Origin: Entomortierella parvispora E1425
Lineage: Eukaryota; Fungi; Mortierellomycota
Direction: 5' to 3'
Assembly (NCBI GenBank): GCA_020891255.1
Contig: BQFW01000013.1
Span: 2,418,001-2,482,000 of the forward strand
Length of the DNA: 64,000 nucleotides
This document shows, in pieces, positions 1 through 12,321 of the stretch. The translations under genes were made by a program, and so were the position numbers. The first letter of the stretch is position 1; the number at the start of each line of letters is the position of its first letter. The notes beneath the pieces are model-generated. The model saw nothing but the letters and a program-made list of their open reading frames with translations, was not told where the DNA came from and did not search any database.

Positions 1-499
1 GAAGTTCGCGATCCAGCCGCAACGTCACAGAAGTGAGTGCCACTGATCTACTGCAACGGCCGACTCAGAGCACAGATCAAGCCAGATTTGCCACACGCGG
101 GCCGTGTCCAAATTTAGGTTGCAATCGACTCGCCCCACAGGCTGAAGCAAATGGAAAGGGACTCGCGTCAAGAATAGCAGCTGGAAACAAAGAACAAGGG
201 AAACAATGGAACAAAGACAGAAACAAGGAACAACTGCCGCCTAGAGGCCCCACTTCAATGATTAACACACACCTCGTAGGCACATATAAAGAAAAGCACA
301 AGAAAAATAAAGAAAATCGAGCACCTTCGTACTACAAATTTTAAGTCAAGAACTCCACCCCTTCCCGTTCATCTTCACAAAACCACGCACGAGTACATCC
401 ACAACAAAGTACAGTTACTTTTACACTGTCAAGCGATCGTACTCTGTTTTCTTCACTTCTTCGTCTACAGACCAACTTTCATCATTCCACCAACTCTAC

Positions 500-2530
500 C
501 CCGTCCTTACACCGAGGAGCAAGAGAGAGCTTTCGATAGCCTGGGATTTAGGTGGGCGTTCATCACCTTTGCTGTCGCTCTCGCCGTTTCCTCTATCTAC
601 TTCTTCTTACTCGGACCATACGCAATTCCTGAGGCAACCATTGGTTTGAGTTTTATCATCCTCTGCAGTTTCCTCGTTGCCATCCCTTTCATTCAAAGAC
701 TCATCAACGACACCACCTTCTACCTCACTGACTGGCTTCAGTACAACTTCAAAAATCCGAGAAAAGCTGCCCTATCTGGAGTACCTTATGAGCACTCTTC
801 TCATCATTGTCCTTCTTTTTTCTCTCGCCCTCCTTATAACTCTCAGTCTCTACTATTCTGCTACCATCATTTTCGATCGCCTCGTTAGAGTCCTTTCACC
901 TTTGATCAGACGTATCTACCTTATTCTTTACCACGTCCAACACGTCCCCTCTTTCGTCTCATACGCCCTTTCGTACGCTACATCAGATTACCGATTTTGG
1001 CGTGTCACCAAACAGAAGTTCAACAATTTCCTGCAATCCATTTCGTACCACTTTTTCCTCTTCATTTCTCTTGTCTGGAACTTCCAGATATTCCTCTTTT
1101 ACGGTTATTCATATCTGGTCACTGAACTACAACGGGCGCGTCCTAGGACTTTCTCTGTTCTACTGGTGAACGGTTATCGACAAGTTCGTGGCATCGCTAA
1201 GACCGTAGTCCTGAGTGCAATTGCCCTATGTATCCTGTTCCTCAGTCTCTACGCCCTGTATTTCTTTTCTTATATCGACTACACCCAATCTTTGTCGTGT
1301 TTCCTCTCGTCTATCTTCTTCTACGAAGCACCTTCGACAACCTATTGTTCATTGTCCAAAAGACCGGCCAACTCATCCGAACCACTTGGCGACTCTTCAC
1401 TGCCGTCCTTGCGTTGGTACTCCGCCTCGCTCGACTTTCTATTCCTCTCGTTCATATCTTGGCAAGTGTCGCGTCGATTGCATACAAGAAAGCTCTTTGG
1501 ATCATCACCCTCTCACTTTCGATCCTCCCTTACATTCATCGGTACCTTCCTAGCACTCTTTCTACTCCAACTTGGCCTGACCTTCTCTCCCTCGTGGTTG
1601 ATCCACTGGTTTTGGTTGTTCTCGTCATCCTTTTTCTTCTGGTTACAATCGCTTTTTCCTATCAGCTGGTTTTCAGAAGTAAGGAGATACTTCGAGTCGT
1701 TTTCCGTTGGAACGTCGCTGTCCTCAAGTTCTCCCTTACCCTCGCCGTTGCCAGACTCGCCCTCAAATTCATCTCTATCACCTTCAGCAACTTTGAAGAC
1801 CACTACTCAGAACTCCTCCGTTACTACAGTCACTACATCCTTGTCCGCCTCCACAATCTCTTCGACCACGAGTGATCTAGTCAGTACCGCCATCTCAGCT
1901 TTCTCAACAACAACCACCGCTGTTCCCTCTTACCCAGAGTCTATGTCCGAGTCTCAGTCTTCAGAAACTCCGTACATTCATCAAGAAACAGCTACTACTA
2001 CGATCCCCTTCTCAATTATTTCCACTACAACCGCCCCTTTCTTGACCTTTACGGCAACAACACTTCCATTTCTATCAACCTTCAAAACCTCTGGCTCTCT
2101 CTACACGCCATCCCCTACGATGAGTGAAGACATCACCACAGCTGATACCAGCGAGGTGTACGCGACACAAGTAGAGACAGAAACAACTCCCCAACCAACT
2201 ACGACCACTACTTTCCCTTCATCGGCCAGCCCAACGGCCACAGTGACCCCGGAGGGAAACACAACTAGTTGGCAGTCACAAGATCCACCCCACAGTGGCG
2301 CCACACAGCAATCCAGACTAAGCCACCGGATTCCTGGTGCTTTCAATGCACTGGACCATGCATGTCATGCCAGGACCAGTCAGTCATGCACCTTCCCTCG
2401 ACATCCATCTCTTCATTCCCTCATTCCCCGCGCACACATTCATTCTCCTCACGATCGTCACATTCTTTTTCTTTCTTTTATTCCACGGTATTCAATGAGT
2501 CCAACCACTCTGCTGCCCACTGGCAATTAA
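500..2530 (+). CDS. Multi-pass membrane protein with Ser/Thr-rich (mucin-like) C-terminal region; probably frameshifted near 770
   Basis: The 617-aa ORF 677-2530 has several hydrophobic stretches followed by a long S/T/P-rich tract. An upstream frame (RPYTEEQERAFDSLGFRWAFITFAVALAVSSIYFFLLG...) is also TM-like and overlaps it, which suggests a frameshift. Confidence 0.45.
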
Positions 2531-2780
2531 ACAGTGTCAAGACAGCGCAATGACATTACCTCTTGATGACCCGACCGAGTCATGCCCGAGTCAGAGGCTC
2601 CTTGGCCAACCTAGACAGCATATGATGGATATGCAGCAGTCAGAATCCGAGGTAGAGGCACATTAATAAGAATTGGGCAGTGAAATGATCACGTATTCTC
2701 CGGTCAAAGTCTCTGACAGCACATCAAACCGTCAAATATAGGGATCTACCTTGCCCCCTCAGTCGATATCATTGCCAAGC

Positions 2781-5700
2781 ATGGATATGAGAACAGCCTC
2801 GACGGGAAAGCACAATATCGAGATGCCAGAAACAGGACTGCCTAAAAGGCCCCGATTGGAAAGCTCCTGTTCGAGCAAAGAATACTGGCAAAACGGAGAG
2901 ACCTCATGTCAGGAGCCACGAACGACGATCCGAGATCCATCCTTGTCTGCCGCTATGGAAGATGACGATATCAGTGACATGGTTGACACGGCAATATCAC
3001 GCGAGCAACTGCGGCTATTTGAGCAGACTCAAGCGGAAGATAGAGATGTCCGTAAAAGATCGAAGATCGCAGAGATGCGTGCAAGGCTCCAGGGAGCCGG
3101 CAATCATAGGTCCTTGTCTGCCAATTCCATAGCGCACTATGCGCCGCATCTTGTTGATTTTGAGGTAAGGGTCCCAAATCTCGATGGAGTCACTTTCAGG
3201 ATGATGTGTGGCTGCAACAATCCCAAAATCCGAACTAACATATTGTACATTCATAGATGTTTTGCGACAAAGAGTACGAAGGCAATTATTCCGTCGAGCC
3301 GGAAAAGGTGGTGGCCTTTCTGACAAAAAAGATATTCACAAGGCGCAGGATAATAGTGATCAAGCTTCGGGAAGGTTACAGTGGTCTAATCGGGGTACGA
3401 GGCCATGACCCAAAATCCAACGACCCGGCTGAGGTTACGAAGGCCAAGGAGGAGGAGATGGAAATAAGGACTGAATTTGGCAGAGGTAACGATGCGACTG
3501 GTGCCAGGCGAAATAAGCATCCTACTTGGACAGAGTATACTGATTCATTGTGTTCTACAAATTGTGATTGGCCCTTAGCAGTTGAAGTTGACCCTGGTGA
3601 GGACGAGCCTGAACCTGAGAACATTGACGACGATCCAACAGGTGGTACAGACACGATCGATGACAGTTCCCCTGACGGCAAATTTGCACCGCCGAGAATA
3701 CAATCATCTGAATGCGACGTATCCTCGGAATGCCGATATATTATTCCCATGGGTAAGGAAACGGTGGAGGCTGTCTTGAAGGCGCTGACGTTCCTTTGGG
3801 AAACTCAACATCAGGACCTGGACCATCCGAATACATCCCCAAAACCCCGCAAATCGCTGTTGGTGCAAGAGGCAAGAGATTCTTATTATAGGAGGCTTGT
3901 GTTTGGCACCGTATCGCCCTGGCCTGACCGTGGAGTTTCTTGTGCCTCACGAGACGAGTACACTGTAGCGGACTTTCTGAAGATGATGGTCGTGCTGTGG
4001 AAAGGATTTGATACTTGGGACAGGCGAACGCCGCTCATTCGGGACCGAATGTCTATCAACCTCCGCCACCAAGCGTTCTTCCGCGACGATAGTCTTCGTA
4101 TCATGGCCCTCTCAGACTGTTTTCGTCAGTCCATCCACACAAAATTCGATGGAACAACAAGCAAAGTCCATGGCCTGGCTTTCTGCCTGCGAGCCGGCAA
4201 GATTCAGCCAAATTTCAAAACGGACTTTGCAATGGTTTTAAGACACAAAAACTATATGCGATGTGGAGTCGGCGCTACTGCATTTTATCTTTTCGAGCGG
4301 TTCCATGTAAGTTGAGTTTGTGCAGAAGGATGTGAATGAAATGGACATGGGGTACAGTCAGGTGTTGACTTTTTTTTTTTTTTTTTTTTTTTTTTTGGTT
4401 CATCTTCGGATATCTAGCTTCGTGAAGAGGATGTTCCTAACTCCAACGATATCTCCCAGTGGAACAAGATCAAATTAGTTGTTGGGGAGGACAGGACAAG
4501 GGACATCGACTATAGTACCCAATGGAGAAGCATGAAAGGTGCGTTTGCACTCTGCGAGATCCGCTCAGGTTGCGGCACTGATTCTGGTAGCCATTGTGCG
4601 GCATTGGAGCTTCAGTCTATGGGTCTGGCCATTGATCATCCCGCAAGGGTGGGGCGTTGGGCGCACAACAATTTGCAGTCCTACATGTCGTTACTTGGAT
4701 TCCCAGGAGCATTCGCTATGGCAGGATTTCATAATGAACGATACCGCCTTGCACGGGACTGCTTGACTCCTCCCTTGGAGCTCCAGCGTCTTGTATTTCC
4801 ATGGATTGAGGACCAATGCACAGAGGATAATCGGGCAGCTTGGAGGAAAAAATGTGACGAGATTATGAAGGATAAGCCCGAGAGCATCAGCTCAGTCATC
4901 GAGGAGATTTACAACACTGTCAAAGCTGAACAAGATGAGGAGGAACAGCAAACAGAGCAGGCGATCAAGAAATATTCGAACAAGGACCAGAGGCAGAGTC
5001 AGAAGCAGACACAAGAGCCCAAGCGCAGGGTCGCTTCCTACTCTGATATCGCCAAGGAAGGTTTTCTGTGTCTGCTTGTTTGGCTTCGTCGGGTTATTCT
5101 TCAAGATGCGGTCATGTTTCTTCGGGACGGTGCCAGCAACCACTTGCTAGAGCACCCTACCTTCAAGCACCCACTATTTCGAGAGTACAGTGTCAGTTTG
5201 GAGGATGCCGTCGCAAGCAATCTCAGGACTCAACTAAATGCAGATGGGGCTATGGATCTGTCATCGACCTCGCAGTCTTCTCAAAGCCTGCAGGTGGAAC
5301 AGGGGAACCACCTGGCGACTCTCCTACAGGCGCAGCAAAATTTCGAGGAAGCTGTGAGAACAACAGTCCATGTCTCCGTTGAGCAGCAATTCGAGAATCT
5401 GACGCAGGCAATCATCCCAGTCATTCAGGAGATGTTGTATGCAAACCAACAGATATTACAAGCTGGCGGGAAAGTGGCGCAACTTATGGAATGCATTGTC
5501 CAAGCCACCCAATTGGCGATTGATCGCTCTACAAGCGCGCAGCGACCAGCTGGACTGGACACATCGCCTGTGGCAGCTACCATGACGCAAGTGCCTGGCA
5601 CTATCCCCCAAGAACTCGTGCAAACATCTCAAACGCCAGGTGCGCCTGCAAACCCCACTCCGCCGACCGAGCCTGCTGTCCCAGGGACATTGTCTCTACC

Positions 5701-5827
5701 AAGGACGACTGGTGTCAAATCTCAAAAGGAGTACAGGTTTGACGAGAATTATCCCGTTGCTATGGCCGTCCAAGAACTGCAGGATGAACAGGGGCGGTGC
5801 AACGAGATTGTTTTTCAATTTATTTAG
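2781..5827 (+). mobile_element. Crypton (CryptonF-type, Ndc10-domain tyrosine recombinase) derived gene, 3 exons
   Basis: Exons 2781-3164, 3257-4306 and 4418-5827 join in phase 0 through GTAAG...TAG introns with no internal stop. Motifs: VEPEKVVAFL, LRHQAFFRD, GKIQPN..., VLRHKNYMRCGVGATAFYLFERFH, ARVGRW..NLQSY...FAMAGF, PPLELQRLVFPWIE, LLVWLRRVILQDA. Confidence 0.8.
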
Positions 5828-6052
5828 TCAGTGGAAAGAGACAAGCAGAGAGGAGGAGCCACCATGTAAATATGTCAATATGCCAATAGCTATCTGGCCC
5901 TCTGCGTCTGATCCCTCCTTCGTGACCCCTGGTGTATATAGTAAAAGACTTTTATTCTTATTTTACATTGCTTCATTGCTTCCTCTGCTATTCCCAACTG
6001 TTTACCGTATGTCCTTTAATGAGTGTATACGTTGGATTGCGATCAGAGTCCG

Positions 6053-6374
6053 GCCGGGTGTCAGCTGGTACTTTGTTCGAACTTGGTTACTCTTGAGTCT
6101 ACCATCACCGCCGAGTTTTGAGGGACAATTGGGCTCATGCTTCAGTGCAGAGGACGCGTTCTTGTGCGACGGAAAGCAGCCTTTGCCCCTTTTGCTTTGT
6201 CACGCATCGCCTTGTGGTTGGTTGTACATGTACAGATTCCATCATCGTGTCCTGAGAGACTCGCCTTCGCCAGTTTAGCCTCCAAGAGCAGGGTGCAAGG
6301 GTCTCCAGTATTTCTCAATCACTGATGTAAGGGGACAATCAATGAATGAAGAATGCAAGTAATCGAGGAATGCA
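6053..6374. repeat. Dispersed repeat, copy 1 (copy 2 at 15101-15415)
   Basis: Near-identical sequence from gccgggtgtcagctggtactttgttcgaacttgg to gtaatcgaggaatgca at both sites, same orientation. Confidence 0.9.
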
Positions 6375-7399
6375 ATGTGGCAACGAATGCATGGAATTAG
6401 TCCTGGTCTTCGGATAGTAAGCTTAAGTCGTCATGTTATTCCACTTGGCCAGCTAGAATCTCGATGACCACACCGACTTCACTGCCCAAGGGTAATGTCT
6501 GCGTTTTTCGTTAATGCTGCGAAAACTCATGTACATGTGCTCATACAAACTACTCTTGTTTCTAGGCCTAATGGTGGGGTATCCGCATGCCAATGTAATC
6601 ATGGTAGCAGCGCTCAGTTCGGGTGTCCACAATCCAGTATCTGCTCATCTCGCTCCAAGGTCTCCCGCTGGACCCGCTCCCCCCTCTCCATATTCAGATA
6701 TGCCTGGTAAGACGCTCGCGCGTGTCCTGCATAGGTGCACCTAACTATTACCATTTTACTCATCTCTTCAAAATAGTCGCATTGACCACCATAGCAACAC
6801 TATGAAGCGGGATCTCAGGAGCAGGATTTCAGGAGCAGGGAAGCGCGGAGAAGTGATTACCCAAGACGCACTGTCGCCATTGTTTTCGGCTTGCCAAAAT
6901 CTGCACATTCTAGAAACCCAACAAGTGGCGCAGATGACATCCTGACCAACTATCCATGGGTCCACCAACGTCCCGAGATGCAGCCAAAAACATGAGGCCC
7001 TTACGCCAAGCCGGTGAGAAGGATCCCGGATTGAACGACATGTGCGCCGTTGTACGTGCCTTGTTAGATATCCCAAACATCCATTCAACGAACAGCAAGC
7101 AACAAATCACAGACCGCATGCGAGACTTGATAACTCTTACATCTCCGTACTTTGTGTCAGTGATGTCATCTTAATTGTCTATCATGTTGCTCTTCTCTCC
7201 TGTTGCATCCCCGAAATCCCTCATCCGCACCATTTCTTTAAAGGTCGAGGCGAGGAGGGGACCGAGGCAATGATAGACAGAGTCGATTCTGCGTGACTTG
7301 TGTGGCTTGGAGTGGCAAGCAGTGTGGTATAGGGTCAATGGCGCGCTTCTGTTACTTTTTTTTTGTGCATCCTCTTTATTCTCATTGTTGTTCGTTCAT

Positions 7400-8140
7400 C
7401 AACTCAAACCTCCGAAACTTGGTAAAATGTTTTGATTAGCTTGTGTGCAGTAATTTGACTGACTCGGGAACTGTTGTTGTTGTGGTTTGCTCAAGTTGTG
7501 CAAAAGCCTCTTCTTCGACATCTTTAGAAAAATATGGGATACAGTACAGTACTGTCATAGTTTGCTGTTGTGCGTGAACCTATTCTTCAGTATCCTTGGG
7601 CAATCGGACTCTGATGCTGTCATGACTGCTGTGTCTGGCCCTGCTCTTCGGCATCCTTGGACGGCTATGCACTCCTATGTTCCTCTACTCTTTTTCAAGT
7701 CCGTACCGGTGGTAGGAGAACACAATCCATGATTTATTTTCTTGGCTCTTGTTTTTTGGAGGGTAGGTTCACGGGTTCCTGGTTCGCTGAACTTGTCGCT
7801 GGCAATATCTCCTCCACTACACTGATCTGGATCAAACAGCTCGCCCCCAGGATCTGAGGCCACTGGCGTTGGTTCTTTTGGAATTCGTCTTGGGAGCCTC
7901 TCAAGTTGAACGTAGTCAATATAAAATCTCATTTTCTTTCGACGTTGTCCCTTTCCGAAGTTGCTTTTCCTTGTACAGCCTGCTCGAGCGAGATATTTTC
8001 GTCAGTTGCGAGCTCATCGACCAACGCTTCGCTAAGTGACTCGCGTTCGTCCTCTGCTGTCGGCCGTTGAGGCTTTGTACTTTTTCTTGCTCAATTGCTT
8101 TTTGGCGTCGATGTTAGTGATCAATTGTATTTTCAGGAAA
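7400..8140 (-). pseudogene. Degraded coding remnant of unknown family
   Basis: A minus-strand pyrimidine-rich acceptor near 8135 is followed by charged, protein-like reading segments broken by stops and frameshifts. Confidence 0.3.
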
Positions 8141-9474
8141 CTGTGGGAAAGAAGACAAGTTAGTTAAAAAGAGAAGGATTTGGGGTCATCCATTTTTCTT
8201 TCGCGTCTTTCCTACCCCTACTAGTTCAGAATTCTCATTGAAAGCAGCAGATGGGATAAGATGGGGAGATGTGAGGAGATTACGACCGGCCAAGATGATT
8301 CTTCAGATGCCAGAAGGAAGGAGAGTGATGACTCAGACGAAAGAGGAGACAGATGAGTGATGAGTGGATGCTAGAAGGATAGGACACGGGGGTCGAGCCA
8401 GAGACGAGCGCGCTTTCATGGGTCACACCAACAAAAGGCACGGACACCGACTTTTTTACAGGGCTCGGGCGCAGTTTTTTTTTTACAAGGCCCGAGCACG
8501 GCCTATTTTATAGCGCCTCGCTTGCTTACTCGGCGTTTCTATAATACTCCAAAGGCCAGGAGTAACAATTCATGTTTTTTCTGCAACCCACAAACAAAGA
8601 AGTGCAAATTGCGTCCTGTTTACCGTGTACGTGTTGGATCTCGTTCACCTTTTCAGCTTCCATGTTTGTTCATGTATCCACAAGTAACATGGATCTCACT
8701 GTCCAAGAGATAAATAAGATTGTCTTTCCAAGCGCCGGCGAAGGGGACCACAGCAGAGGCAGCAAGAATATGAAAAAAAAGAAAAAAAAGAACTATGTGT
8801 TTGATATCTAGGATGAATCTACGTCGTATCCACATCCGCAAACTGGCGCCCTTTCCATTACTGATCACCCCTCCCACACGCTGAGGCTCTTCAGGATCTT
8901 CTGCCTCCTGGGTGTCACGCCTTCGGCCTAGAACTCCTAGGGCATTCACCCCCATTCCTAAGAAGGATGCTTCCGCCATCGACACATTCCGCCCGATCTC
9001 TTTCACACTCAAGTTCCGCCGATCCTTCGAGAAACTGCTCGAAGCACATGGCTAGCTTTCCCGCCCCATGACTTCACCACTCCCAAGCTGGCTTTTGTCA
9101 AGGCTTCTCTACCTGACCCACACCCTTCTGGTTGCCGATGACTGGCCATGCAGGGTTAGAAATTCAGAGCCTTTTACACCGTGATTTTGGACAGTACAAA
9201 AAAGGTTTCACCTTTTGCACGGGTGCCACGCACAGAGCCGGGATCCCGGTCACCCAAAGGGGCCTCAGATAAACCCCAGGAGGCTCATCTTGACGCCCTA
9301 GGGTCGAATCCCCAGATTCACCAACGGCCGAGAAAAAAGCACTTTAATTTTTTGCAATCTGTTTCATTATTCTTCAGAAGAAATACTTTGCTGAACTGAC
9401 AGTGCATCTGGGATGAGGAAAAGGACATTGATTTAACTGCTGTTGCTAGTGAAGAGTTCAAGAGAGAAATTAGC

Positions 9475-12124
9475 TTATGAGTAACTGAATGTCGCTAGCA
9501 ATCTTTTGCTCACACCACGGAGCCTCTTGTTGGCGTCTTCAATGTCCTCAAACGGCCTCTTCGTTCGTTCCTGAATGATAATATCAGCTTTTGCGCTGCC
9601 GACGCTTTCCATTCGCATGAGCTCCTTGCGCGGAGCCGAGTTGATGTTAAGGGCACCTATTGTGGCGAAAATGAATGCTCTACCAGCAAATGGACCGAAG
9701 TAGTCTTCCCACGTGGATCCATCCACGATTCCTGATAGTGATGGGAGAGCGAAATTTGGAAGAGTCGTCACGGTGAATAGCATGAAAAAATCATTATCGG
9801 ATGCTGCCTTTCCCCTCTCTGCGAAGTAGTCGATTTTCCCCCCATCCGCTACCAGCTTGCATTGGTGAACTTCATTGCAGAACGGCTTTGTGTCAAGTCC
9901 AGTGAAGCTATCGCCGAAAGGTGCTGATGGCGCATTGATAATACAATGGTCACCCTTGCGGATATTGACATTCACATTTTCACACCGAACAGTAGGCATG
10001 ATTCGGGGATAGCTTGCCGACTTAGTAGGCACCTGGTGAGAGGCGATCGCCAAGTGAAGGTGGTGATTTGTAAATCGGATGTCGCCATTCAAACGTGCCC
10101 CTGCATGGATTGTCGAGATCGATGTGGGTTTGTTATCCTCCAGTACCCTGGATTTGAGGCAGCGAAACGTGGCGACAAAATGCTCAAAGTGTTGCCAAAA
10201 TTGCGCGCCTGGTGGTAATCTTGGATCCAATTTCGATTCGAGCTCCTGGCCGTCATTGAAGCGGAACTTGTTGAGTAGAGGATCGTTACCGATCGACATG
10301 AGCCAAATCCAAATGTAAGGTGCAGTAAGGTACCCTTCTCGACCCAGACCCATTTTCTGCTCGTACCGAATTAATCCTGGAATGGCTAGCTCCCCAGGCA
10401 ACTTGTCCGTTCCTGCAAGTAGTTTGTTGGGGTCCAGCAATGTGCGGGTCAATACCGCCCGCGCGATGGCTTGGGCTGTGCACGAGGTCATCAGGAACGC
10501 CTCTGAGTACAGATCATGAAGCCTGTAATGCAGAATTCTCATCAGTGATTCGATGGTATAGTCCTCCCCTGCTGTCGTAATAGCTAGCTGCAAAGACTCT
10601 AGTGCTCTTCCATGCCCCCCACAGTCCTTCACCAGCACCTTGATAATATGATCATCTTCATCGAAGACTGGTACAGAGATGTCACCCTCCTGTGTACGCG
10701 GGGATTCTAGTGAAGCGAGAGGCAGCACGACGCGTTTTGAATGAGAAGTTGCCAGGGCCTTTTCAATTGGAGAAGTAACTGTTGCAGTACAGCACACCAT
10801 CATAAACACGCTCTTGATCGCGAGGTCTCGTATGGATGTCAAGGATCTGTAGAACGCCGATTTCTTGTCACGGCCATCTTTGGGATCCGACATGAAGGAC
10901 TGTAATCCATCAACCACTAGAATGACAGTGGCCAATTCTTTCTTCAGACCGGCATTGTGCGCGATTAGATCAAGGACATCCATCGGGTGCGGCTCCACAT
11001 ATTCCCTCTGAACCTCGTAAATATCCTTGCCAGGAAGAAGCTGCTGGAGCATTCTGATACCAATCGCGTGGATAGGATCGTTGAGCTCTCTTTCTGAAAC
11101 GCTGGTGCCATTCTCGAGGGTAACATGGAACACCCAAGCATGCCCAATCTTGTTTTGTAGCTCCTGATCGTTTTCGGTGAGGCATAATCTTGCGGAATGA
11201 TGAAACTCCTGTGCGTTGCGAGATTTTCCTGTTCCGGCTCCAGAAAGGAATAGGTACAACGGGATGTTCGATTTATCGCGCAGTCCTTTAGAGAAGTTGT
11301 CAAAGTGATCCCTGATTGTGGGTAGCAGTTCATCATAGAGCGCCGGGTGAGGCTGGTAGGTCCAGTCTTGGCCTGCTGTTCTGAGTAGAGGTCCGGGTTC
11401 TTGGTAGGGCAAACCTAGTGTCAATGGATGTTAGCCATAGCGAATATTTTCAAAGACCTTCTTCGACATTCGTCAGCCTATTAAACACCCACCATCAGGA
11501 AATGCTTGGAAGACTGTCTGTTTCTGGAAAGCGATAGGAGCTTGAACTATGTCGGAGTGAACAAACGTGGAAAATAAAGTTAGAGTCATAGACACAATCC
11601 TTCTTGTAAATAGCCCTATTCCTTTCTTGGAGAAAACCGCTGAATGAGCACCGCTTGTTGCTGAAGAGCAGAATTTTTCTGCTTTTCACAGGCTCTTTTG
11701 ACCGCTGAAAGAGCAAATCAGCCTATCACATTCATTCAACCAACAAGCACCAAGCGGTGGATCTAAGAAAGGAATAGGGATATTAAATGTCGAATAAGGC
11801 GGCATTACCTGGTCGCTGAACGACGATGCTGATTGTTTTCTTGGACGGCTGAGCCTCAAAGACATCGGAGACGTCGTCCGTCGCTGTGAGTTTTGTCTTT
11901 TCAGGCTGAAGGCGAAGAAGAATGGGGACCCCGTCGTCCCGGTAGTCTTTGATTGAGACGCGCCAAAGGGTGAGGTCCTTCGCATCTACTCCCTCCAGGG
12001 TCTTAGAAATCTCGGTCTTGATCTTATTCTTGAGTACGGCGATGGACTCGCTGGACTTAATCTCGACAGGAAACGGGGTCGATTCGGTTTCGACAACGCA
12101 GAGCAGAGTGAGATTGCTGGACAT
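9475..12124 (-). CDS. CRN: Crinkler (CRN) effector: N-terminal ubiquitin-like CRN header + P-loop NTPase + restriction-endonuclease-like domain + C-terminal helix-hairpin-helix; 3 exons
   Basis: Exon 1 (12124-11809): MSSNLTLLCVVETESTPFPVEI...DAKDLTLWRVSI...ISIVVQRP, a typical CRN header. Exon 2 is 11546-11493 and exon 3 is 11414-9475. Splice phases are consistent and intron 2 has a GCTAAC branch point. Walker A GAGTGKS, Walker B ILVVDG, REase-like DSF...EVHQCK, HhH LNINSAPRKELMRMESVGSAKADIIIQERTKRPF. Confidence 0.9.
11610..11783. repeat. Small foldback / MITE-like inverted repeat inside CRN intron 1
   Basis: Perfect 15-bp inverted repeat ccctattcctttctt (11614-11628) / aagaaaggaataggg (11765-11779), with further imperfect complementarity inward (ccgct/agcgg, gcttgttg/caacaagc). 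Confidence 0.6.
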
Positions 12125-12321
12125 TGTGCTGCAAAGCATGAGAAGAGTTACTGAGCTGTAGAGGAAGAACTTGAGGGCTGAAGGAAGGAAAGGAAATGTC
12201 CGACGAAGAAAGAAAGGATGATGCTGCCAAGGCTAGGTATAAGCAAAAGGCGATGAAGGGTGTGGTGGGTCAAATGATGTGTGATGGTGGCAAAGCCATG
12301 CATCACTTCGCCGCCAAATCT

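Noticed and set aside
6514-7174. Possible small spliced secreted-protein gene (GTAAG 6707, CTAAC, AG 6776)
   Set aside because: Splicing gives a stop after nine codons and the downstream frames are broken, so there is too little support.
9249-9321. tRNA-like 3' end (gggtcgaatcccc...cacca)
   Set aside because: The T-stem does not pair properly, and no matching acceptor stem, D arm or anticodon arm could be folded.
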